A stretch of 28,559 bases of DNA from a candidate division WOR-3 bacterium (GTDB taxonomy: Bacteria > Hydrothermota > Hydrothermia > LBFQ01 > DSFT01). Positions 1 to 7,871 of this stretch are shown in pieces; the stretch's first letter is position 1; each line of letters opens with the position of its first letter. A program made the translations under genes and the position numbers. The notes under the pieces were generated by a model. That model ran no database searches. It saw only the letters and a program-made list of their open reading frames with translations, and was not told the DNA's origin. Location of the stretch: NCBI GenBank assembly GCA_965649115.1, contig CBFGJN010000020.1, forward strand, positions 1 through 28,559, written 5' to 3'.

Positions 1-12
1 CAAAGCCGAAAT

Positions 13-66
13 ATGGGTATTTTAAAGGCGAAGCCTTGAATATAGGGTGGGTGGGAAAATAAAGAA
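13..66 (+). repeat. Intergenic repeat family A, copy 1 (GGG-hairpin-GGGTGGGTGGG)
   Basis: ATGGGtattttaAAGGC-GAA-GCCTTgaatataGGGTGGGTGGGAAAATAAAGAA; similar sequence at 2136-2192, 17883-17930 and 24667-24722(-). Confidence 0.75.
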
Positions 67-118
67 AAATAAATAATTCCAGAATTATTAGACAAGGCAT
101 AATTTACTAGACAAAGCA

Positions 119-135
119 CTTTAAAATTTCAAACT
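119..135 (+). promoter_or_regulatory. -10 box (CTT-TAAAAT) 8 nt before the MTase ATG; probable leaderless promoter
   Basis: cttTAAAATttcaaactATG, no SD; the same motif precedes 11 other transcription units in the window. Confidence 0.7.
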
Positions 136-1323
136 ATGTCATTTAAAGTAGAAATTTTAAAGGAAGAAATTAAAAAAATTGACATTGAGAAAAACTTGAA
201 AATTCTTGGAAATGATTTAACTTTTATAGATGTTCCAGAATATCAAAGAACAAAGCATGTTCATAGGTTACATCCATACTTGGGTAAATTTATACCTCAA
301 CTTGTAGAAGTTTTTTTAAAAAAGTTTTTTAAGCCCGGTGATACTATTTTAGACCCTTTTTCTGGTTCAGGAACCACACTTATAGAAGCTAATGTATTGG
401 GTATAAATTCAGTTGGAATAGAATTATCAACTTTTAATGTCTTGATACAAAAAGTTAAAACTCAAAAGTACGATTTTGTTATTTTGGATAGGGAATTAAG
501 GGATGCTTTAAAAAGATTAGAAAATTTTATCAAAGGAAAACCAAGCATATTTGAAAAGAAAGTAGATTTTGACTTAGAAAATATAAGCGATTATTTTAAG
601 TATTGGTATCATCCCCAAGCGCTAAGGGAAATTTTATTTTATAAGGAAATTTTAAAAGATTATAAGTATTCGGATGTGATGATGGTTATTCTTTCTAGAA
701 GTTGTAGGTCGGCTCGTTCTATTCCTCACTATGAATTAGCAAGACCCAAAAAACCCGTATTTGAACCTTACTATTGTAAAAAACATAAAAGAATTTGCAA
801 GCCTGTAAAATCTGCCTATAAATTCATAAGGAGATATACATATGACACTCTAAAACGTTTAAAGGAATTTGATAGATTAAGAACGGAAGCTTTTATAGAA
901 ATTTTTCAAGGTGATACAAGGGAAATTCAACTGCCATATGGAATTATTTTTGATGGTATATTTACATCACCACCTTATATTGGTTTAATAGATTATCATG
1001 AACAACACAGATATGCTTATGAATTGTTTGGTTTTGATAGGTTTGATTATAAAGAAATAGGACCGGCGCTTAAAGGTCAAGGTGAAAGAGCGAGAAAAGA
1101 TTATGTTGATGATATTGTTAATGCTTTAAGAAACGTGTTGAAATATGTTAAAAAATGTGGAAGAGTTTTTATTGTAGCAAATGATAAGTATAACTTATAT
1201 CCGATTATAGGTAATAATGTTGGCTTAAAGCTAGTTGAAAGATTTGATAGACCCGTTTTAATGAGAACTGAAAGAACAGGAAAGATGTTTTACGAAAGTA
1301 TATTCTTTTTCGTTTATGAATAA
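136..1323 (+). CDS. Type II site-specific amino-DNA methyltransferase (probably N4-cytosine; motif I precedes motif IV)
   Basis: HPYLGKFIP, DPFSGSGTT (SAM-binding motif I), FTSPPY (catalytic motif IV); CxxH..C cluster in the TRD; adjacent REase remnant. Confidence 0.9.
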   Translation: MSFKVEILKEEIKKIDIEKNLKILGNDLTFIDVPEYQRTKHVHRLHPYLGKFIPQLVEVFLKKFFKPGDTILDPFSGSGTTLIEANVLGINSVGIELSTFNVLIQKVKTQKYDFVILDRELRDALKRLENFIKGKPSIFEKKVDFDLENISDYFKYWYHPQALREILFYKEILKDYKYSDVMMVILSRSCRSARSIPHYELARPKKPVFEPYYCKKHKRICKPVKSAYKFIRRYTYDTLKRLKEFDRLRTEAFIEIFQGDTREIQLPYGIIFDGIFTSPPYIGLIDYHEQHRYAYELFGFDRFDYKEIGPALKGQGERARKDYVDDIVNALRNVLKYVKKCGRVFIVANDKYNLYPIIGNNVGLKLVERFDRPVLMRTERTGKMFYESIFFFVYE

Positions 1324-2105
1324 ACAAACCAAAAAACAAATAAAAAATCTTTTAATAAATGTTGTTGAAAAAAGTTAAAAAATTATAAGCCTGAAACTGA
1401 TAGTATGCCTTTTCATTTTAGGCTAATTGGTAAGGATAAGTATGTTTTGTTTTCCCTTATTCAATCACTAAATACGTCATTTGGAATATCAATATGGGAA
1501 CCAATTGCTGAAATTTTGGCGAATAGCAAGGGTTATAGTGTCAAAAGACAAGTTGATGTTGTCAATGGGAAATTAAAGAGATGTAAAGAAAAAATAAAGG
1601 CTAAAAGGTTTATTTATAAAAATATGCTGGATTTCATAAATGAATATATTGATGAGCTCCTTTCTGGTAAAAAGAATCCTGATAAAGAATATGAGATTAA
1701 CTCCTTAAAAAAACATGCTTATGGTCAGATTTATATGTTAAAGTTGGAAATGTAGAATATTTAATAGACATAACAACCGCTAAACCTAATTTGAAGGAAT
1801 TTAAGGCTTTAAAAAGAAAAATTCTAATATGGCAAGCTATAAGGATAGCGGGAAACGCAAGTAGAATTCCTATTGGAATAATAGGAATACCATATAATCC
1901 CTATCATCCCAAACCTTATGAAAGATAGACACTAAAAGGTTTATATGATTTAATAAATGGTGAAGTCCTTGTAGCAGAAGAATTTTGGAATTTTATTGCA
2001 GGAGAAGATATTTTTAATGAACTTCTTAATATATTTGAAAATGCAGGGAAAATAATAAAACCTAAAATTGATGAATTTTTGAGAAAATTTAAAGACACCA
2101 CCTAA
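1316..2105 (+). pseudogene. TdeIII/MjaII-family type II restriction endonuclease, inactivated
   Basis: ATG 1316 gives MNKQTKKQIKNLLINVVEK, then a frameshift in the A6 run near 1370 to KLKNYKPETDSMPFHFRLIGKD...SLNTSFGISIWEP, a second frameshift near 1725 to DLYV..IDITTAKPN...PYNPYHPKPYER, an in-frame TAG at 1926-1928, then TL...EFWNFIAG to TAA 2103-2105. Confidence 0.85.
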
Positions 2106-2135
2106 TTAAAACTATTGATTTATTCGGGAATTTTT

Positions 2136-2192
2136 AGGGGGTATAGTTTATAAGCCTAAGGCTTAAAAATAGGGTGGGTGGGTAAAATAAAA
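2136..2192 (+). repeat. Intergenic repeat family A, copy 2
   Basis: GGGGGtatagttta-TAAGCC-TAA-GGCTTA-aaaataGGGTGGGTGGGtaaaataaa. Confidence 0.75.
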
Positions 2193-2202
2193 AATTGATT
2201 AA

Positions 2203-2730
2203 TCAATAATAAACCAAAATTTCAATTCTTCTATTTTGTTTTCTACCTTCTTCTGTTGAGTTGCTTGCTATTGGTCTTGAATCACCATAAGAAACTGCAT
2301 AAATTTTATTTTGTTCTATTCCATTTGATATAAAAAATCGTACAATTGCTGTTGCTCTATGTGCTGCTAATTCCCAATTTGTAGGGTAAATATGTTTATT
2401 TGTTTGAATTGGTATTGAATCAGTATGACTTTCAATTCTAATTTCAGAGAATCCTTTGGATTTTATTTGTTCTAAAATTTCATTTAAGTAATTTTTGCCT
2501 TCATCAGTTAATTCGTCAGAGCCGGGCTTGAAAATTTTGTCGGTTTGTATAACAATTTTTGTAAAATTTTGATTATTTGAATAACCCGAGATTTTAATTA
2601 ATTTTTTATTTTCATTTTCAAGGTCATAAAATGCTTTTAAAATTGGAAGATATTCATAATAATAAAAGTAAGCACCAAATCCAATTAACAGAAGAACTAA
2701 TAAGAATAAAAACCAGTTCAAAAATTTCAT
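2203..2730 (-). CDS. MotB-like/OmpA-family peptidoglycan-binding membrane protein
   Basis: N-terminal TM helix, short coiled coil, IESHTDSIPI, NWELAAHRA, SYGDSRPI, GRKQNRRIEI. Confidence 0.85.
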   Translation of the reverse strand: MKFLNWFLFLLVLLLIGFGAYFYYYEYLPILKAFYDLENENKKLIKISGYSNNQNFTKIVIQTDKIFKPGSDELTDEGKNYLNEILEQIKSKGFSEIRIESHTDSIPIQTNKHIYPTNWELAAHRATAIVRFFISNGIEQNKIYAVSYGDSRPIASNSTEEGRKQNRRIEILVYY

Positions 2731-3872
2731 ATTTTTATCATATTGACACCTAAAACCATATTTCTTAATTTTTCATAAGCAACTTTCCAAGTTCTTGTTC
2801 TTAAACCACAATCAGGGGCAACAAAAATTTTATTTGGATCTTTTACCATATCCAAAACGTATAAAATTCTATCTCTTATTAATTCAGGTGGTTCAATAAA
2901 ATCCGTATGAACATCAATTACACCAAGACCAATAACAAAATTATAATTTTTCAACTTTTTAATAATTTCATATCCTCTTCTTACATTTTCATTAGTTCCA
3001 AGTTCAATAGTGTCTCTATTAGCATACTCAAAATGAAATTCATTTATTATTCCTTCTAATTTTTCAATATCTGGAAATAATAAATTGTAATCAGAAAAGC
3101 AAATATGAACTGAAAAGAAAACTTTTCCTTTTAAATCTCCTACTGAATTTATTAAACCTTCTATAAATAAATCAATCTCTTCTCTTTTTGTAGTAGCAGC
3201 AGGTTCATCAATTTGTAAAAATTTTGCTCCATTTTCATATAAAACTTTTAGGTTTGGATATATAATCTCTTTTGCTATATCATTTACAAATTGTTTTCTT
3301 GCTAATTTTCTATTTTTTAAACCACTATGTGTTCCAATTTCAACACCTTTAACATAAAATTCATCAAATGACCAATCAACAAGTGTATAAGGTCCTGTTA
3401 ATGGTATTTTAATAGGTTTTTGAGTAAATTTAGAAATTGTTTTAAATTCTTCCAAATGATAAAATTCTTTTAATTTTGGTTTTTTGAAAACAGCAGCTCT
3501 TTTATAGTACTTATTATCAAAGCTTCTTACATGTCCATAAAATTTAAATCCATCAATTTTTGATATTGGATATTCGTACATTTCAACACGATGTTGTTCT
3601 CCATCATAAACGACATCAATTCCTGTTTTTTCAAGTAATTTTGTAGCAAATAATGAAGAGTAATTAATAATTTTCTTTTTTTCATCATCAGTAAAGTTTC
3701 TTTTCTTTTTTAAAATATCTAATAATTCATCAGCATGGACATTTAAAAATTTAGCCCAATTTTTAGCATCTTCTATATCATCTTCATTTAGAAGGACATT
3801 ATTTATCGCTTTTACTCTCCAATTTGGTTTTGCAAGAGAACCTATCTCATGTGTTAGTAATGGTTTTAACAT
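2727..3872 (-). CDS. Core (single-barrel) MetE-family methionine synthase
   Basis: THEIGSLAKP, DGEQHR, KIPLTGPYTL, QIDEPA, Zn ligands HIC...E...APDCGL; only 381 aa, so the N-terminal MetE barrel is absent. Confidence 0.85.
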   Translation of the reverse strand: MLKPLLTHEIGSLAKPNWRVKAINNVLLNEDDIEDAKNWAKFLNVHADELLDILKKKRNFTDDEKKKIINYSSLFATKLLEKTGIDVVYDGEQHRVEMYEYPISKIDGFKFYGHVRSFDNKYYKRAAVFKKPKLKEFYHLEEFKTISKFTQKPIKIPLTGPYTLVDWSFDEFYVKGVEIGTHSGLKNRKLARKQFVNDIAKEIIYPNLKVLYENGAKFLQIDEPAATTKREEIDLFIEGLINSVGDLKGKVFFSVHICFSDYNLLFPDIEKLEGIINEFHFEYANRDTIELGTNENVRRGYEIIKKLKNYNFVIGLGVIDVHTDFIEPPELIRDRILYVLDMVKDPNKIFVAPDCGLRTRTWKVAYEKLRNMVLGVNMIKI

Positions 3873-3884
3873 TTGAAAATTTTA

Positions 3885-3906
3885 AGGGGGAGGAAAATTT
3901 CCCCCT
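3885..3906 (-). terminator. Hairpin overlapping the stop of the small secreted gene and abutting the metE -10 box
   Basis: AGGGGGA-ggaaaatt-TCCCCCT stem; weak U tract. Confidence 0.45.
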
Positions 3907-4108
3907 ATTTTGGTTTATTTTGATTTTGTGTAGTATCTTTCTTTTCAGATTTTTCGTGTTTTTTATGTTTCTTATGTTTTTTATTAGGTTTTTCAGAAGT
4001 GGTTTTTTGTGTAGAAGTTTGAGTTTGTGTTTGAGTTTGTGTTGTTGTTTGGGCATTTAGCCCACCTATCATCCCAAGTAATGAGAGGGTTATGATGAGG
4101 TTCCTCAT
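3905..4108 (-). CDS. Small secreted low-complexity protein (TQ repeats, Lys/His-rich)
   Basis: Sec signal MRNLIITLSLLGMIGGLNA|Q followed by TTTQTQTQTQT and KKHKKHKKH. Confidence 0.7.
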   Translation of the reverse strand: MRNLIITLSLLGMIGGLNAQTTTQTQTQTQTSTQKTTSEKPNKKHKKHKKHEKSEKKDTTQNQNKPK

Positions 4109-4114
4109 GGCATA

Positions 4115-4147
4115 TTATTAGACAACTAATTATCCCAAAAGGTTGCA
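4115..4147 (-). promoter_or_regulatory. Putative ECF-sigma-type promoter
   Basis: Minus strand TGCAAC-N17-TGTCTAATAA just upstream of ATG 4108; resembles AAC...GTC ECF promoters. Confidence 0.4.
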
Positions 4148-4151
4148 CCCA

Positions 4152-5129
4152 TTAACAAATTGGTTCAAGAGGGTTTTTCTTTATACATTCCTTGAATTTA
4201 TTTGCTCTTTCAAGTCTTAAAATCTTTCTACTTTCTGCTGTTTTCCATCTTTCAATTTCGTAATCTCTCCAAGGATTAAATGGTTTAAGCTGATTTAATG
4301 AAACGAAAGTCATATAACTACTTGCAACCTTAAATCTCTTTGATGTTAAAGCTTCTTCCTTTATAATTTTTACACCAATTTCCATAGATCTGTTTCCGAC
4401 ATAATTTATTCCCAAATAAAAATGTAAAATATCACCTACTCTAACTGGACAAATAAAATCAAATTCATCAATTGAAGCAGTGAAAGTTGGATTTTTTGCA
4501 TATTGAACTGACAATATACCTCCAAGTTCATCAACCTTTTCAAATAAATATCCTGCAAACATCATATTTGAATATATAGTTTCGTACGGAAAAACAAGTT
4601 TAGCAGAATATAGACTATAAGTTGGTTTTCTGCTTATATCTAAATCATTTATTTCCATTCTTCTATTTTTTATTCTTTCTAATCTATATGCTCTTCTTTT
4701 TAATGCCCATTCATAAATTAGTTTTTCTTTTTGGTCTTTGGGAACGATTTTAACATTTAATTTTCTTGGTTTTCCATTTTCGTCAACAGCAACATATCCA
4801 AAGTGAGCAAGTGTTACTACTTTTAATTCATCATTATTTGTTCTTTTAAAAACAGTGACACCGACTTCCATGGAGCTATTAAATACTGCTTGAACTCTTG
4901 AACGAAAAATTAATGTATCTCCACTATTAACAGGTTCTACAAAGTCAACACTATCCATAGAACCCATTACAACAGGTCCTTCTGAAATTTTACTTGCTGA
5001 TAATGTTGCTGCTTGACTTATAAAATATAACATTTTTCCACCAAAAAGTGTTCCAGCGGGGTTTATTAATTGTGGAAATACATACTCATAAATCTCAAAA
5101 ATTGTTTCTGATATTGATATTTCTTTCAT
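4152..5129 (-). CDS. Tandem hot-dog acyl-CoA thioesterase (YciA-like double domain)
   Basis: NPAGTLFGG...DSVDFVEPV...SSMEVGV and a second copy, MMFAG...DEFDFICPV...RSMEIGV. Confidence 0.85.
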   Translation of the reverse strand: MKEISISETIFEIYEYVFPQLINPAGTLFGGKMLYFISQAATLSASKISEGPVVMGSMDSVDFVEPVNSGDTLIFRSRVQAVFNSSMEVGVTVFKRTNNDELKVVTLAHFGYVAVDENGKPRKLNVKIVPKDQKEKLIYEWALKRRAYRLERIKNRRMEINDLDISRKPTYSLYSAKLVFPYETIYSNMMFAGYLFEKVDELGGILSVQYAKNPTFTASIDEFDFICPVRVGDILHFYLGINYVGNRSMEIGVKIIKEEALTSKRFKVASSYMTFVSLNQLKPFNPWRDYEIERWKTAESRKILRLERANKFKECIKKNPLEPIC

Positions 5130-6055
5130 AGTAATCTATCAACAATGGCTTGTAATTCTCTAATGTGATTGGCACAATTATTTAATAGATTTTTTTCTTC
5201 TTGATTTAAATTAAATTCAACAATTTTTTCAATACCATTTTTTCCAAGGACAATTGGAAGACCAATTACAACATCACTTAATCCATATTCTCCTTTTGTT
5301 AAAACACTTGCAGGAATTAATTTTTTACTATCTTTTAATATAATTTCTGCCATGTATCCTACTGCATCTCCTGGTGCAAAGAAAGCAGATGTTCCCATTA
5401 GTTGAACAATTTCTCCTCCTCCAAATTTCGTTTTATTAACAATTTCTTTTATTGCTTCTTCATTTAATAGTTGAGTTATGGGAATTCCGTTTACTGTTGT
5501 CCATCTTATTAATGGTATCATATCATCACCATGAGTTCCAAGGACAATTCCTTGAACTTCAAATGGTGAAACATTTAGTTTTTGAGCTACAAAATAACTT
5601 AATCTTGCACTATCTAAAACGCCTGCTTGTCCTATAACTCTTTCTCTTTCAAACCCTAAAATCCTATATGCTGCATAAGTCATGGCATCAAGAGGATTAG
5701 TAACAACTATTACTATTGAATTTTTAGCATAAATTTTTATTTTTTCACAAACATCTTTTATAATTTTAAAATTTACTTCAATTAAATCATCTCTTGACAT
5801 TCCTGGTTTTCTTGGAACTCCCGCAGTTATAATAACAACATCGGAATCCGCAATATCTTGATAATTACTTGAACCTTTAATTTTACCTGAAAATCCAATA
5901 ATTTGGCTTGCTTGACCGAGGTCTAATGCTTTACCTTTTGCTAATCCTTCTACAATGTCTATCAGTACTACATCTGCTAAATCTTTATATAGAATATAAC
6001 GAGCACATTCTGAACCAACATTTCCCGAACCTATAATTGAAACTTTAAATCTCAT
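5126..6055 (-). CDS. mdh: Malate dehydrogenase (LDH-like)
   Basis: IGSGNVG, TAGVPRKPGMSRDDL, VTNPLDAM, GVLDSAR, GTHGDDM. Confidence 0.95.
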   Translation of the reverse strand: MRFKVSIIGSGNVGSECARYILYKDLADVVLIDIVEGLAKGKALDLGQASQIIGFSGKIKGSSNYQDIADSDVVIITAGVPRKPGMSRDDLIEVNFKIIKDVCEKIKIYAKNSIVIVVTNPLDAMTYAAYRILGFERERVIGQAGVLDSARLSYFVAQKLNVSPFEVQGIVLGTHGDDMIPLIRWTTVNGIPITQLLNEEAIKEIVNKTKFGGGEIVQLMGTSAFFAPGDAVGYMAEIILKDSKKLIPASVLTKGEYGLSDVVIGLPIVLGKNGIEKIVEFNLNQEEKNLLNNCANHIRELQAIVDRLL

Positions 6056-6056
6056 A

Positions 6057-6130
6057 CGGGGACGACGGGACTCGAACCCGCGACCTCCGGCGTGACAGAC
6101 CGGCGTTCTAACCAGCTGAACTACGTCCCC
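6057..6130 (-). tRNA. tRNA-Asp(GTC), CCA not encoded
   Basis: GGGGACG/CGTCCCC acceptor stem, anticodon arm CCGGT-CTGTCAC-GCCGG, GGTTCGAGT T loop, G discriminator. Confidence 0.97.
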
Positions 6131-6253
6131 TTGTTAAGTGCCAAAATTTTAAAGCATAAAATGATTTATTGTCTTTATAGGGAAATTTAAAAGTATTGCT
6201 TAATTTTTCTGCTTAAATAAATACATATTTTTCCGCTTTATAATTTTCAGACT

Positions 6254-7111
6254 TTGTTATTTATCTTATTTGGGCAGTTTTCAAATTATGGAGGTGAAGT
6301 TTATAGAGTTGAACTAAATGGAAAATTAATAGGCCTTGGTTCATCATTTTATAATTTTAAGGATGCTTCAAGTGTTTTTTATAATCCAGCAAACTTAAAT
6401 TATTCAAATGAAAGTATCTTTTTTGGATTTGGTCTTTTATATGAAGGGATAAATGCAGTTTCATTATCTTATAAGTTTAAAAATAAACCTTATGGGATTG
6501 GTCTTTATTTAGTTCTAACAGATAATATAGAATTTACATCCTTACCAGATACTACAAGACCTCCAAGTGAAGATAACAAACCTTACATAACATCAATTGA
6601 AAACTACTTAGCAAGTGCTTTTTATTTATCAGGTGGTTATAAGAACTTTGGAATAAGCGCTAAAATTCTTTATCAAGGAATAAGTAATTACAGAGCTTTT
6701 GGATTTGGTTTTGATTTATCTACAAATTTAAAAAACTTTTCAATAATTCTAAGAGATTTTCTTCCAAGTTTATTATATTGGAATAGTAAAACTACCGAAT
6801 TTATACCTCCAATGATTATTTTAGCAACTTATAGTCAATATAAAAATTTTCTTTTATCAACAAGCTTAGATTTTTCCACCATAGAAAATAGAAACTTTGA
6901 TAGATTAATTTCTTTTAATAATTTTTCTATGGGATTTAGATTTGGTATTGAATATAATTTGAATGTTGTTTCATTAAGAGGAGGTTTTAGGAATTCAAAA
7001 CCTTCTTTTGGTTTTGGCATAAATTATAAAAATTATTCAATTGATTATGGCTCTTTTTATCATTCTGATTTAGGTCTTACTCATAGAACAAGTTTAACTA
7101 TTAAATTTTAA
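6254..7111 (+). CDS. PorV/PorQ (UPF0164)-like outer-membrane beta-barrel
   Basis: DASSVFYNPANL, FGFGFD, FGIEY...LRGG, alternating beta pattern, C-terminal THRTSLTIKF; TTG start 9 nt after TATAAT. Confidence 0.75.
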   Translation: MLFILFGQFSNYGGEVYRVELNGKLIGLGSSFYNFKDASSVFYNPANLNYSNESIFFGFGLLYEGINAVSLSYKFKNKPYGIGLYLVLTDNIEFTSLPDTTRPPSEDNKPYITSIENYLASAFYLSGGYKNFGISAKILYQGISNYRAFGFGFDLSTNLKNFSIILRDFLPSLLYWNSKTTEFIPPMIILATYSQYKNFLLSTSLDFSTIENRNFDRLISFNNFSMGFRFGIEYNLNVVSLRGGFRNSKPSFGFGINYKNYSIDYGSFYHSDLGLTHRTSLTIKF

Positions 7112-7833
7112 TGAATTTAAAAGTTTTGTTAGAATTTGATGGAACAAACTTCAAAGGATGGCAAAAACAAAAAGATAAAAGAACAGTTCAAGGAGAATTA
7201 GAGAAAGCTTTTTCAAATTTAATTGAAGGAAGATTTAAAATAATTGGATGTTGTAGAACTGATAGTGGTGTTCATGCTTTAAATTATGTTTGTAATGTTA
7301 AAATAGAAGGTAATTTGAAATTGAAGTTTGAAAAATTGAAAAACGCCTTAAATAGCATTTTGAGTGAGGATATTTATATAAAAAACATTGAATTTGTTGA
7401 AGATAACTTTAATGCGAGATATTATGCTAAATTTAAAGTTTATCGTTATAGAATTTTAACTTATCCTTCTCCTTTTTTAATTAGATATGGTTTTTATCCA
7501 AAAGTAAAAATTGATTTTAAAAAGTTAAAAGAAATTGAAGATATTTTTATAGGAAAAAGGGATTTTAAAAGCATAAGTGCAAAGTCTGAAAAATCTGGAA
7601 TTTGTAATGTTTTTGAATCATATTGGACTTTTAATGATAATTATTATGATTATTTTATTAAAGCTGATAGATTTTTATATAAAATGGTTCGCTCAATTGT
7701 AGGTTTAATGATACTATATAGTTTGAATAAAATTTCAAAAAATGAAATAATTGAAGTTTTAGAATTTAAGAGAAAATTTATTCCTTATGTTGTTCCTTCA
7801 AAAGGTTTAACATTAATTGAAGTTGGTTATTAA
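7111..7833 (+). CDS. truA: tRNA pseudouridine(38-40) synthase
   Basis: FDGTNFKGWQKQ, TVQGELE, RTDSGVHA, FNARY, FLYKMVR, PSKGLTL. Confidence 0.95.
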   Translation: MNLKVLLEFDGTNFKGWQKQKDKRTVQGELEKAFSNLIEGRFKIIGCCRTDSGVHALNYVCNVKIEGNLKLKFEKLKNALNSILSEDIYIKNIEFVEDNFNARYYAKFKVYRYRILTYPSPFLIRYGFYPKVKIDFKKLKEIEDIFIGKRDFKSISAKSEKSGICNVFESYWTFNDNYYDYFIKADRFLYKMVRSIVGLMILYSLNKISKNEIIEVLEFKRKFIPYVVPSKGLTLIEVGY

Positions 7834-7851
7834 AAGCCCCCTTACGGGGGC
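7832..7851 (-). terminator. Intrinsic terminator of the 637-aa gene (between convergent genes)
   Basis: Minus strand GCCCCC-GTAA-GGGGGC-TTTT. Confidence 0.8.
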
Positions 7852-7856
7852 GGTGG

Positions 7857-7869
7857 GGAGGTGAGAGTA
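7857..7869 (+). repeat. 13-bp inverted repeat arm, partner at 9785-9797
   Basis: GGAGGTGAGAGTA here; TACTCTCACCTCC at 9785-9797. Confidence 0.9.
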
Positions 7870-7871
7870 AA

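Noticed and set aside
1405..1755. 116-aa ORF as a stand-alone gene
   Set aside because: It is the middle fragment of the frameshifted REase.
1926..1928. In-frame TAG as stop-codon reassignment or pyrrolysine
   Set aside because: TAG terminates intact genes here (HAD, trmI, exonuclease) and this gene has two other lesions.
1916..2101. 61-aa minus-strand ORF
   Set aside because: Antisense shadow of the REase C-terminus.
3824..4060. ORFs 3824-4060(+) and 3847-4056(-)
   Set aside because: Alternative frames of the low-complexity small gene; only 3905-4108 has a signal peptide and an upstream promoter-like motif.
7246..7278. truA motif variant GCCRTD as a sign of inactivation
   Set aside because: The catalytic RTD..VHA and all other TruA motifs are intact.
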